A DNA stretch of 63,844 nucleotides, the filler included, from Octopus bimaculoides (Eukaryota): assembly GCF_001194135.2 (NCBI RefSeq). It is 8 parts of 6 records of this genome, joined end to end, with 100 filler letters (N's around TTAATTAATTAA, not from the genome) between each part and the next. Parts side by side here need not be neighbours in the genome. Positions count along the whole stretch, not along the records: positions 14,508 to 33,173 come from NC_069004.1; positions 33,274 to 41,266 come from NC_068991.1; 6 more parts are not named here. One strand, 5' to 3'. The notes beneath the pieces are model-generated. The model was not told the DNA's origin. It worked only from the letters and a program-made list of their open reading frames with translations, and ran no database searches. The translations under genes and the position numbers were made by a program. Shown one piece after another: positions 26,389 through 38,362 of this stretch (its first letter is position 1; every line of letters starts with the position of its first letter).

Positions 26389-26669
26389 GTAAGTGATTAT
26401 CTGCCTCCCCCCCTATCGGGAGATTTTTAATCGTTACATTGTTATTACTGTTATGAAATGTTTACACAGATATTTTCTTTGCAAAACCCTTTGTATATCG
26501 TCTTGTGCTGTCCTTTAATGTTTTGAGTTATATTAGCCCTTGTGGCCAATAAAAAGAATTTATTATTATTATTATTTTAACTCAGAATGCAAAAACATGA
26601 AATGCTGCTAAGCATTTCATTCGGTGTAATACCAATTCTTCCAGCTTGCTTTCTTATAACAACTCATAA

Positions 26670-26900
26670 TCGTCTTTATTCTGGATTATTTGAGTCCTTT
26701 CATAAACCAAATGATAATATCAAGTATATAAATATATCATCTAACCATCCACTGTTAATAATACGGGTATTAGTTAAGAGTATTTCAATAAGGATATCTA
26801 AGTTATCTGCAAATAAAGAAATTTTGGAATTACTTGCACCATGTTACAATACTGCTGTAGCTAGGGCTGGATACTGAGAGAAAATTTAATACATACAAGA
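26670..26900 (+). mobile_element. Penelope-like element reverse transcriptase fragment
   Basis: FHKPNDNIKYINISSNHP..II...SISIRISKLSANKEI....Y..A..RAGY matches the PLE RT C-terminal pattern KPN..YI...SNHP...RLS.LS...AL..SGY. Confidence 0.75.
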
Positions 26901-27845
26901 CAGTCATACATAACTCTGCCAATTCTTCCAATAATAATAATACACATTTCACCTGGGAACGATAGTGGCTAAGTGGTGGTTCCACACTCTTCAAACTCCT
27001 GAAACTCTTGAACAAGGGCACCATCACTGGATGCAGTTTGAAGTCGGGTGGCACATAAAATACACCATTTTGAGCGTGGTCGTTGCCAGTACCGTCTGAC
27101 TGGCCTTCGTAGGATTTTCGAGCAAGATCGTTGCCAGTGCCCCTGGACTGGCTCTTGTGCGAGTGGCACATAAAATACACCATTTTGAGCATGGCCGTTG
27201 CCAGTACTGCCTGACTGGCCTTTGTGCGGGTGACACGTAAAAGCACCCACTACACTCTCTGAGTGGTTGGCGTTAGGAAGGGCATCCAGCTGTAGAAACT
27301 CTGCCAAATCAGATTGGAGCCTGGTGTAGCCATCTGGTTTCACCAGTCCTCAGTCAAATCGTCCAACCCATGCTAGCATGGAAAGCGGACGTTAAACGAT
27401 GATGATGATGATGATAACTTAGGACACATGTAATTCATAAATAATTGTTATAATTACATAACAAGAAGTAGTTGTGTATGACATGGGTGTTACATTAGAA
27501 ATATTTTCCAAATATAGGGAATTATAAACTTTATGTGTGTATACGTATACACTATATTAACATATCTATTATAATGTAATAAAAGTGACAGACAACAGGA
27601 CAGACACACACACACATATTCTGTTGCCTGTCACTTTTATCACTTTATAATAAATATATTTATACAATATATTTGCATGGAGCCTGGTGTAGCCATCCGG
27701 TTTCACCAGTCCTCAGTCAAATCGTCCAACCCATGCTAGCATGGAAAGCGGACGTTAAACGATGATGATGATGATGATGATGATATATCTATTATAATGT
27801 GCTAAAAACGACAGACAACCGGATGTGTGTGTGTGTGGTTACATA

Positions 27846-28710
27846 CAGGGTGCGATGGGTAAATTGTGACCATTTTATATTTTTAATTTCACGTGCGCAT
27901 TGTTTGTTTTTGATTTTGTCAACTACACAGTATAGTAGAGTCATTTGGGCACTGTCTGTGAGAAAAACAGCACCGTGACACAATTCACTCTGCCAGAAAT
28001 TTGGAAATGACATGCTGTACTGCTTGGCATTTGCGCCGGAAACTCCAATGCGAACATTTCAGAGTGTTTGGGTGTCAATCTGAGGACATGTACCAAGAGT
28101 GATAAAAATGAAACATCCAGTCAACATCATGGTGTTTGGAGTAATCACTAGTGATGGTGACGGTATGCCTCCATTCATCTTCCCACGCGGCCTCAGACTC
28201 AACATGAAGGCCTACATCAAGTGCTGGAGGAGGTAGTGCTGCCCTGGGTCAAGAGGGTGGCTGCTGGAAGACCCTATGTCTGGCAACAGGACTCTGCACC
28301 ATGCCACACAAGCAGGAGACACTAACCATGGCTGTCAGACAGTTTCTGCAAACACATCACCCCTAACATCTGGCTGCCTAACTCTCCAGACTGCAACCCC
28401 CTTGATTATTATGTGTAGGGCATAGAGCAAGAGACCAACAACACTCTTTGTAACACCAAAGATGAACTGAAGGCAAGGATTATGGCAGCATTCACCAACT
28501 TAAAGGAGACCATCCAGAAGATTTGCAGGAGATTTCGAAATCGTCTGGAGGCTGTGGTTGAAGCCAGTGGTGATTTTATTGAATAAATTTACTCTTTAGT
28601 ATTTTTAAGATATTTTTATGTAATCTTGGTAAATATTTCTGTTAAAATGAGATGTCAGCGTTATTTTCATTTTTGCGTAATTTAGACGACAGTTTATTCA
28701 CCGCACCTTG
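27846..28710 (+). mobile_element. Internally deleted DD37D (maT) element with both TIRs
   Basis: TA|cagggtgcgatgggtaaattgt ... acagtttattcaccgcaccttg; same transposase remnants as 12887-13725. Confidence 0.85.
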
Positions 28711-29809
28711 TGTGTATGTGTGTGTGTGTGTGTGTGTGTCTATATCCTGTTATCTGCCACTTTCTTTTTCTCACTTCCCACTCCTGTCTCACACTAGATT
28801 TTATTTGACTAGAAGTCTCTCTTGCCTTATGTCTGTCTCCTCTCTAACAGGTAACACACACATATATCCAACACCAAGGAAGGTCCTACTATCTGTCCTT
28901 GCCTCCCCCACTCCATCATATTGCCCCCTCCTCTCGTTCTCTATCTGCACAAATACCCTCCTCTTTCAAACATTGGACATTTTATCAATAAAAGGAAGGT
29001 CTTAATCCATGTGTCTCACTCTCTCCCTCTCACTCTCTTTCTCTCTCTCTCTCTCTCTATCATACATACACACACACACACTTTCGCACACTCTCAAACT
29101 CTATCACACATACTCTCTCTCTCACACACACTACCACAAACAGACACGCGTGCACGTGCACTCTCTCTCACAAACACACACACACACTCTCTCTCACAAA
29201 CACACACACACTCTCTCACAAACACACACACTCTCTCTCACACACACTGTCACACATACACATGTACATTATGACAGATACTACTCCCCCTCCGACACAC
29301 ACACCTCACAAACACTACATTCATTCATCTTCTAAAAAGCTCACTGACCTACATTCCTACAGTTTCACACTTATATCTTCATTTGTCTCAATTCTTCAAA
29401 TGAGTCCGTTTTCTCTATCATCATCATCATCATCTTCTTCATTATCATTGCCTTCATCAGCCATAGTCAAAACGGTCGTCACAGGACTATCTTTTACCAT
29501 AGTTCTCTTGGATAATAGTCAACCACAGCTAAACAACAACAACAACATCACAGTCATCACCAGCCCGGTCTGACCACCACTACCAAATAGGTTGAGATGG
29601 TACCCCAATCTGTCCTGGCTACCCAAGACAGGTATGTCTAGATAGTGCTCCAGTCTGGCCAGACCATCGCAGCCAAGTAAGCTGTAGGAATGCTCCCATC
29701 TGATTTCCACAATTAAGTACTCTTTGACAGAAATATGCTAACAGAAGGGGTTAAGACGATCCAAATCAAAATCTTCCATTAGGGTTTCGGGTTATTCTTT
29801 TACTTGTTT

Positions 29810-30186
29810 CAGTTATTTGACTATGGCCATGCTGGAGCACAGCCTTTAGTCGAGCAAATCGACCCCAGGACTTATTCTTTGTAAGCCTAGTACTTATTCT
29901 ATCAGTCTCTTTTGCCGAACTGCTAAGTTATGGGGACCTAAACACACCAGCATCAGTTGTCAAGTGATGTTGGGGGAACAAACAGAGACCCACAAACATA
30001 TATATATATATATACATATGCGATGGGCTTCTTTCAGTTTCCGTCTACCAAATACACTCACAAGGCTTTGGTCAGCCCGAGGGCTATAGCAGAAGACACT
30101 TGCCCAAGGTGCCACGCAGTGGGACTGAACCTGTGACCATGTGGTTGGCAAGCAAGCTACTTACCACACAGCCACTCCTGCGCCTA
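29810..30186 (-). mobile_element. SINE family B
   Basis: Reverse-complement homolog of 18920-19285. Confidence 0.8.
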
Positions 30187-30430
30187 TGTTTTAAACATTA
30201 GCTTAATGAGTGAGCTGTTTTATTGAATTTTTCCAAAATTAATTGACACAAAGGCAGTGTATTTCAACAGTAATGTGGTAATTAAAAGGTTAATTTTGAA
30301 AATTATGAAGAATTTAATAAAAGAACTGTTATATTAAGTTGATATTTGGAAAATAGATTTACATGAAATTTTGATAGAAACTTTTAATTTAGATAATTTT
30401 TATATATTCTATGAATCATTTGATATTTAA

Positions 30431-30650
30431 CCCTTTCGTTACTGTATTTATTTTGAGATGCTCTATATTTCTTTCAATTACTTTAAATATAACAACAAAT
30501 TTAGTACAATAACTTAGTTATCGTTAAGCTAATGTTAGGACCATAAATTGTGACTAAGGTTTGGTGGAAGATTTTAATTCAGAACTTATGGAATCAAGAC
30601 CTTTGTACGACAGAGCCAGAGCCGGTTTCAGCCGGTTGTTAACGAAAGGG
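30431..30650. mobile_element. TTAA-flanked MITE (piggyBac-like termini)
   Basis: TTAA|CCCTTTCGTTA ... TAACGAAAGGG|TTAA. Related ends at ~24627, ~25705 and ~30290. Confidence 0.8.
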
Positions 30651-31319
30651 TTAACTTAAATATGTTCACTGGTTTCAGCTGTTTGGACTACATCTACATT
30701 AGTGTCATCATTTGTTTGTTTTATTTTTTTGTTGTTGTTCTCCTATCACTATGACCTCATTAGTTTTAAAGTTGATTTCCATAATATTATTTACATGTAC
30801 GTGATGCTGCATATTCTCTCTCTCCTCTCTCTCACACAGAGTTGTCTTTTATTTGCTTCAGTCTTTGGTCTGTGGCCATGCTGGGGTAATGCCTTGAAGG
30901 GTTTTAGTTGAACAAATTGACCCCAGTATTTATTGTTAAGCCTCATGTATTTTGTTGGTGTCTTATGCCAAACTACTAAGTTATGGGGATGTGAACAAAC
31001 ACGACTTGTCAAGTGGTGGTCGGGAACAAACACACATGTATACATACATATATACAATAAGCTCACAGTGTCATACATGCACCTATATATATATATACAT
31101 ATTTGTGTGTGTGTGTGTATGTGAACCATCAGGAAAAAATGCACTTGTTTTCACAGCAACCACAAACCGGATGTGTCTATTCACCTCCAACAATAGAGAG
31201 CACTTTCGCTGATGAGTGCAGTGTTACATAATCAGACTGTTACCTAACACTGTTGAAACCCTGGTGTGAAACTGATTGGTAAGATCGGCCATAATGGATA
31301 TTTGATACTGTACACTTTG

Positions 31320-31352
<33 letters not shown>

Positions 31353-31502
31353 NNNNNNNNNNNNNNNNNNNNNNNNNNNNNNNNNNNNNNNNNNNNNNNN
31401 NNNNNNNNNNNNNNNNNNNNNNNNNNNNNNNNNNNNNNNNNNNNNNNNNNNNNNNNNNNNNNNNNNNNNNNNNNNNNNNNNNNNNNNNNNNNNNNNNNNN
31501 NN

Positions 31503-31567
<65 letters not shown>

Positions 31568-31869
31568 TACACACACAGGTGCAGACATGGTTTTTCAGTA
31601 AAAAGTCTGTTTCCTAATCTCATGGTTTTGTGTTCAGCCCTACTGCATGGCACTTTGGGTGAGTGTCCTCTACTATAGCCCCAGGCTGACCAAAGCCTTG
31701 CGAGTGGATTTGGTTGATGGAAACTTAATAAAGCCCATAGTAATTATATATAATATATATTATTTATTATAATAAAGGGTAAAAATCATTAATGATTTTA
31801 CCAAGGGGTCAGTGCGAAAATAAAAAAATTATAGGTGAATTTTACAAATATTAAAATAATTATAATCAG

Positions 31870-32042
31870 AATTATAATAAGGGACTGGCTAAAGGCCTCT
31901 CCACATGCTAGAAATGGATGCTAAAAGATGCTAATACCACAGCCTGTGTTTCATTTTTTTTAGTTTCTAAGGTGGTATTAGCATCATTTGGCATCTATTT
32001 CTAGCACGTAGAGAGGCTTATAGCCAGTCTCTTGTTATAATT
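31870..32042. repeat. Imperfect inverted repeat (71-bp arms, 31-nt loop)
   Basis: 31870-31940 versus the reverse complement of 31972-32042: 9 mismatches and no indels by manual alignment. Confidence 0.9.
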
Positions 32043-32073
32043 ATGTATATAACTATTATAATATTTATATATG

Positions 32074-32105
<32 letters not shown>

Positions 32106-32199
32106 CTTTGCCTATGTGTCTACCTAACCCATGCTGGCATGGGTTGGGTAGACCTTAAATGATAATGATCATGCATACATACATACATACAAATATGTA

Positions 32200-32230
<31 letters not shown>

Positions 32231-32231
<1 letters not shown>

Positions 32232-32394
32232 CCGGAGTAAGCACATAAAATGTGCAACAAGGTGGAAAAAAAGAGTGCTCAAATACCAGAGGTAGAGTAA
32301 TATGCTTAATTTAAAAGCAGCACTGTCCGATGAACGGGAACGTGAAACTCCGAGTAACAGTCTTTTGTTATATTTTCTGCTGCTGTAAATAAAG
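32231..32394 (+). mobile_element. Short non-coding hammerhead-bearing element flanked by (TA)n (Penelope-terminus or retrozyme-like)
   Basis: (TA)n on both sides; arms 32301-32322 and 32378-32399 are mutually complementary around the ribozyme. Its 3' part recurs at 14508-14550. Confidence 0.55.
32322..32361 (+). ncRNA. Minimal type-I hammerhead ribozyme motif (U4C variant)
   Basis: ACTGT-CCGATGA-ACG(GGAA)CGT-GAA-ACTC(C)GAGT-A^-ACAGT: stem I 5 bp, stem II 3 bp, near-palindromic stem III, GUA cleavage triplet. Confidence 0.65.
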
Positions 32395-32552
32395 TATATA
32401 TATATACACACACACACATATATATCATCATCTTCATCATTGTTTAACGTCTGCTTTCCATGGTGGTCGGGTGAGTGAGTATTGTATTGTATTCTTTCCT
32501 TCATGAATGTCGTTCCCGTTCAAACTCAGAGTGGACCTTTATTCTCTTGCAG

Positions 32553-32603
32553 ATATATATCTGGGGAGGCAAATATCACCAGTATCAAATCAAAATAATT
32601 TTG
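32553..32603 (+). CDS. IRAK4: Probable 51-nt linker micro-exon of the IRAK4-like gene (DIYLGRQISPVSNQNNFG)
   Basis: cctttattctcttgcag|ATATA...AATTTTG|GTGAGT; phase 1-1 and open in frame. No homology evidence. Confidence 0.6.
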
Positions 32604-32895
32604 GTGAGTCATTTGGTTTTTTTTTTTCCCCTCTTTTACTTTATATTTCATCATCATCATCCTCATAATATCCATTTCCTGTGCTGGCATGGTTTGAACA
32701 ATTTGACAGGAGCTGGGAAGGCTCAGGGACCACACCAGGCACTCCTATGGCTGGATGCCCTTCCTAACACCAACCACTTTACAGAGTGTGCTGTTCCTTA
32801 CTCTGAGGAATCCTTGAGGTAGCCATAAGCAGTGAACATGCTTTATCAGCATACAACTAGATTTTAAATTTAGATTTAAACTTTATATATATATA

Positions 32896-33173
32896 CTAGC
32901 AGAAATACCCGGCGTTGCCCGGGTTAAAGAGAATAATGAAATCTAAAAACGCCGTCTAGACTACGCATCGTCTTTATATATAGAAATGTATATACACACA
33001 CGCACCCAAACACACGTATATATATGTATATCAATATAAATATATGAAAGTCAATGAAGTTTCGTAAAAGAAGGTGATCATGTACATACTTTCTTGCTGT
33101 TGTGATTATAACACCTCGTTGTAAACAATGTTCCTTGTTTTCCCTTGTGGAGCATATACAAATAGGTTTTTTT
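32896..33173 (-). mobile_element. Helitron 3' end
   Basis: Minus strand CCCGGGCAACGCCGGG hairpin, 8 nt, then CTAG|T; truncated by the spacer. Confidence 0.75.
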
Positions 33174-33273
33174 NNNNNNNNNNNNNNNNNNNNNNNNNNN
33201 NNNNNNNNNNNNNNNNNTTAATTAATTAANNNNNNNNNNNNNNNNNNNNNNNNNNNNNNNNNNNNNNNNNNNN

Positions 33274-33790
33274 TTTGGCTGTCTCCACACGTATACTCGG
33301 CCGGTGGTCGGAAGTAGGGTAAAGGATGACTTGTCTGAGAAAGACTAACATTCTTTCACTGCTCTAGGGACCAATTCTGTAGGTTTTTACTCCATTCTAA
33401 ATGCTTTGCAACCTTTGTTTTTGAAAGTAGTGGTTTTCTGATTGCAGCCCTCCCTTGAAATCTGGTTTTGTGCAGCTCCCAGCAAACAGTTTTTGAGGAA
33501 ACTGTGTTCTTGAGGTGGTCATTAAGCTCTGCAGTAATTTTGGGAGCTGTACTTTGGTGATCCTTTCTAACAATTCACATAAGAGTGCAATGGTCCGTAC
33601 CTGTAAGTTTTGGTTTTCTTCCAGAGTTTTGTTTTGACAAGGAGGTTTTCCCCTCTTTCTCAAAGGCTGTCATTACTTTCGAGAGAGTACTTCTTGATAC
33701 ACCAAACATTTTGGCTGCTTTTGATACGCTAGCACCTGCCATACGAGCACCAACAATTTGAATTCTTTGAAAGTCCGATCAAACTGTCAT
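33274..33790 (-). pseudogene. Tc1-like transposase N-terminal pseudogene
   Basis: MTV*SDFQRIQIVGARMAGASVSKAAKMFGVSRSTLSKVMTAFEKEGKTSLSKQNSGRKPKL...RAAIRKPLL; contains stops and is cut by the spacer at 33273. Confidence 0.85.
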
Positions 33791-33980
33791 TTTAATGAAT
33801 TGTGATTACCTTTTTCCAATGATATCTGAAAAGAAACAGCAATTTTAGCAAAACATATTAAGCAACACTAATAATAAATCAAAAAAACAAAAATAAACAA
33901 GCTTTTGACAGTTTTATAGATATTTCAAAATTATGATGCAAAGTGTTTCTGTTATTTTGTCCAACCCCTGTACATATATA

Positions 33981-34019
<39 letters not shown>

Positions 34020-34321
34020 TAGCATAGGAAACCAACATTACATGGTTATGAATATACATCTGTTTTTGTATACAAAGAAGCATTCAATACCTTTATGTAG
34101 AGATAAAAAATTTATAAATAAATAGTTGATGATTCATTTGAACACTGCTCAGTTTCATTCACACTCACACGCATATTCATATATATGTATATGTGTATAT
34201 ATGTGTGTGTGTGCATATATATATTCATGCACTCACACACACACACATATATATATGAATATATATTATTTTTGTGGTTGTTGTTGTTGTCATTATTATT
34301 ATTATTAATATTATTATTATT

Positions 34322-35750
34322 CACTTAACTTCTCCCAATTTATCTATGTCTTTACTACATCTCAGCTCCATTCTGCAGCTTACAGATGCAACGCTTTCTG
34401 CAGCACATGACTCATTCCAGGTACTGATGGTATCTGAAGACTTCCTAGAAAGTATTTTCAGCTTTTTATACCAGAATATTGCTCCTTGTGATTGTCCCAA
34501 GTGCACCAATCACAATATGTACCACACTCCCTTTTTAGAAGCTCTATAGATTCTTTTCACCTCCAATCTTAAGTCTTGGTTCTTCCCAACTTTCCCATTC
34601 TCTGTTTTCACAATATTTTGGTCTGCAGCTATAGTTACTTTGATGTGGCTCCATTCTTTGAACTCCTTCAGTAGGAGAGTGATATCTGGTCGGTTATGTT
34701 GCAGCCTTTTGTCTGTGTATATTGGCATATCTCATGTGAGTTTCACCTGATCATTCTGTGCTACTCATAAAGGTTTGATTCTCATACCACTTGTTGGAAC
34801 ATTCTAGCCCATACCTCTTTTACAACTCACATTGTATTTGTACTGTTATTTTGTCATGGCGTTCTTTGTACTCCATCTGTACCAGCTGTACCAGGTTCCA
34901 ATCTGATTTGGCAAAATTTCTACAGCTGGATGCCCTCCCTAACGCCAACCACTCCGAGAGTGTAGTGGGTGCTTTTTACATGCCACCGGCATAGGAGCCA
35001 GTCAGGTGGGCCCGGCATTGATCATGTTCAGATGGTGCTTTTTACGTGCCACTGGCACAGAAGGTGCTGGCATCAGCCACGTTCAGATGGTGCTTTTTAT
35101 GTGCCACTTGACTGAATTAATATGTAAAGCTTCTTCTGGAAAAGCAAGAATCGCTCTTTCCATTTCCTTTAAAAAAAAAAACTATGTCAATCATCTCCGA
35201 GATTCTTTATCAGCTTCATATCCACTGTTTGTTGAAAAAACTATCCATGTAGGACTTTCTCTTTCCAATTCATGATCTTTTCTCTGTTAGCCCTCATGTT
35301 GTATTCCTGGAGGGTCTCCCCATTGTAACTGATAACCTTCTCACTCAGTGCAGCCTCCAACATTCTCTCTTCACTATTCCTCAGATAGGCATGTCAGAAC
35401 TTGATCACATTCACATCACTATCTCTTTCAGCCAGTCCCTTTCCACCTTCCTTCCTAGGTAAGAATAGCCTTGCTTCATTACTTCTAGTATGAAGGCACC
35501 CATGCAGAGCCATTACTTCCCTAGTTTTTCTTTCCATGTTGACGAGTTCTTCCTTTGTTCATACCACAATACCTGCATAATGATTTATCACACCTACAGC
35601 CCACATGTTGATGTCTCTAATCAGGTTCCCTCCATTTGGTTTTGACTTACATAACTCATTAACTCCCCTGGTTTATTCAGAAAGAATTTTCTCCTTCATT
35701 TTGGTGTTCAGCATTTGGTCTAGTTATAAAACACCAAGATACTTGTAACC
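34322..35750 (-). mobile_element. Degenerate R4/Dong-clade LINE (RT C-terminus and RLE), interrupted by a SINE at ~34885-35110
   Basis: YKYLGVL..MKEKI...NGGNLIRDINMWAV...ARLFLPRKEGGKGL; HNRPDITLL...KNQDLRLEVKRIY...VIGALGTI. The 3' end abuts (ATT)n at 34291-34321. Confidence 0.8.
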
Positions 35751-36106
35751 CCTTTATGGAAAGGATCTGTTGCAGTGTTGATGAAGCTATGCAGAAGCTG
35801 TTTTGTATATTCGTAAGAGAGAATCAATTGTAGGGAAAATTCTATAGAAGAGTTACAGAACTGTAGACATTTTGAGGTTAGAGATATGAATACAATTAAT
35901 TGCCCTATAGTTTCTGTGACAGATAAGGAGCAGCCTGCTTTTATTCTTTGGAAATGGAATAAATAAAAGACATAAATAATGCTCAAATACATGTGCATGC
36001 ACACACACACATATAGGTATACATGTACATGTTGTCTGTCTATCTATCTATCTATCTGTATCTGTATGTATGTATGTATGTATATATGTATGTATATATG
36101 TATATA

Positions 36107-36226
<120 letters not shown>

Positions 36227-36877
36227 TATGTATATATACATATAAAATATATAGTTTTAGGGAAAATAACCAAGTTTCAAGAACTCATCGATGAAAATCC
36301 ACTATCACATATAGAAAAATTAATGATTAACAGCACAATAAATGAGTATAATATAAAACAAAGTAACTATCATAAGATAAAGATAATAAAATGACTACAC
36401 GTGTTTCATAACTAATTTTCAAATAGAAAGGAAATTTGAATCGATTAAAATCAATTAAAGTTACCGAAAATAAATACTATTCAAAAATGCAGCTAATCGT
36501 CAGGTCGTAAATAGAACAATAATTATAATAAATAAATATATATATCAACCAACAATAAGTACCAAATGAATTTATATAAAATGACCATTACCAACACGGT
36601 CACTACTACTACTATAACCAATAAAAAATGCCCCCCACGTGGACTATTGACACCAGTAAGGAACAATTATGAACTTTTCATTTAATTTCATTTTTTTAAA
36701 TATGTATTTTTGATAAGGTTCGTTTTTACAAGAACTGAAACATGTTAAAAATATCTGACAAAATTTTAAATTAAAATTCATTTTTTATGTATTGGCGTTT
36801 TCAAACTTCTTTTTTTATAAATATATACCCACTCGTATGCCACCTGCACTTTTTTATCAATACTATATATATATGTA

Positions 36878-37743
36878 CTAGCAGAAAGACTGCCCGGAGG
36901 GAGTCACTTGATAATATTTTCATATTTGATATATAATTCATCTAACTATTTCTTTGTATAATAGTGCTCACTTGCCTAGTAAATATTGATTTCATTATTT
37001 TATCATTCATAGTCTCTCTTTCTTAAACAAACATCAAGGTAGTCCAACAACAGAAGGAGAAGCCGTTTGTCAAGTTTTACCTTCCCCTCAAAGCAACATA
37101 GAGATTTCAATTCATCAGCACATGTGTAAGTTTTGCAGTGTTTGTGTGTGTGTGAGAGAGAGAGTGAGAGAGAGAGAGGGGGGAGATCATTGCAAACAAT
37201 GAATGAAATAAACATATGAAAAATCATATAAATAAAAGGGCATTACTACAGATGTATATACCCCTGACTTTGTTGCTTCATAACATCCAGAAAAATGGAT
37301 ACTTTATAACAAAATTTTCTACAAATACCACTTAGATGTTGTGGCTTCAGAGTATATAGGGATTTATAATAATTTTTCTGAGGGGGTGGAGAGAGAGGAG
37401 TTTCGGAAAGTTCACACGATCTGACTTTTTTCCCTTGCAACTTTCAGGAAAATGGGTATCTTTTGATAAAAGTTTATACAAATCCTTTCCAAACGGTATA
37501 GATTACGATTATTAAGAAATTTGTAGGGAAAATATTTTGGGGGATTTTCCCTGTTTTTTTTTTTTTAATGAAATTCTCTACAAATATACCTCAGACTATG
37601 TAGATTCCGAGGACGTAGGAATTTGGGGGCGGAGAACAATTGGGGGCTATTTTTTAGAACTGTTCCCCACTCGCGGCAGTTTCTGAACAAGTCGTCCATA
37701 TTTGTTTCATTTTCTCCGTTTGGTGCGTTTCTGTATCCATAGA
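36878..37743 (-). mobile_element. Candidate non-autonomous Helitron
   Basis: Minus strand A|TC start and CAGCTAG-like ...CTGCTAG|T end sharing ACTAGCAGAAA with 32895; the hairpin is degraded. Confidence 0.35.
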
Positions 37744-38002
37744 TACTGATGCAACAAACAGACTATGAAGGCAAATGAAGCCCTCGCCAGAAAACTCGTT
37801 ATGCTAAAAATAACAGCTAAAGGGTGGTACACAGAAATATGTTAAGACGACTTATCTGTTGCATACGATTTTTTTTTCACTTTAAGTAAATTCCCAAGTA
37901 AACGTTTCTAATAGAAAGGCAGAAGACACCAGAAGCAAAAATAAGGAATATACACGCAGTTAAATATAGAAGTGTAAAGCATAATTTGTCACATAATCTC
38001 TA

Positions 38003-38362
38003 GGATCTTTCTGATTTGACGGGCACCACTTGTTTTCTTAACGAAACACTTTCAAACTTGGGATACTGGTAGAATGTGTCATATAAAACAACTTTTTCTC
38101 TTAGCCTTCTTAACAAAAAATTGAACATCGCAAGTTATTTCATGTTAAAGTTGTCGTATTTCCGTAATTTCAATCAATCACTGACGTCTATTCAGCTGAA
38201 TATAGTTAATGCTGTTTTTGTAGAAATAACTTCGAATATAAAATTTTTTATCTGTTCTATAACACAAAATATACAAGTATACGAAGTTTGAAAGTGTTTC
38301 GGTACCAAAAACACTACATAAAACATAAATGAAAAGTGTTGCCCGTCAAACCAGAAAGATCC
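38003..38362. mobile_element. 360-bp MITE with 23-bp TIRs and 8-bp TSD (Merlin- or hAT-type)
   Basis: TIR GGATCTTTCTG(A/G)TTTGACGGGCA; TSD AATCTCTA at 37995-38002 and 38363-38370. Confidence 0.9.

Noticed and set aside
28851-29005. In-frame alternative terminal exon of the IRAK4-like gene with AATAAA
   Set aside because: Pyrimidine-rich low-complexity DNA, and the AATAAA lies upstream of the stop; probably chance.
29590-29631. Strong donor AG|GTATGT
   Set aside because: Every upstream acceptor gives a stop in the required phase 1 frame.
37541-37550. Canonical NF-kB site GGGATTTTCC
   Set aside because: Single site within probable repeat DNA, and on a different scaffold piece from the immune gene.
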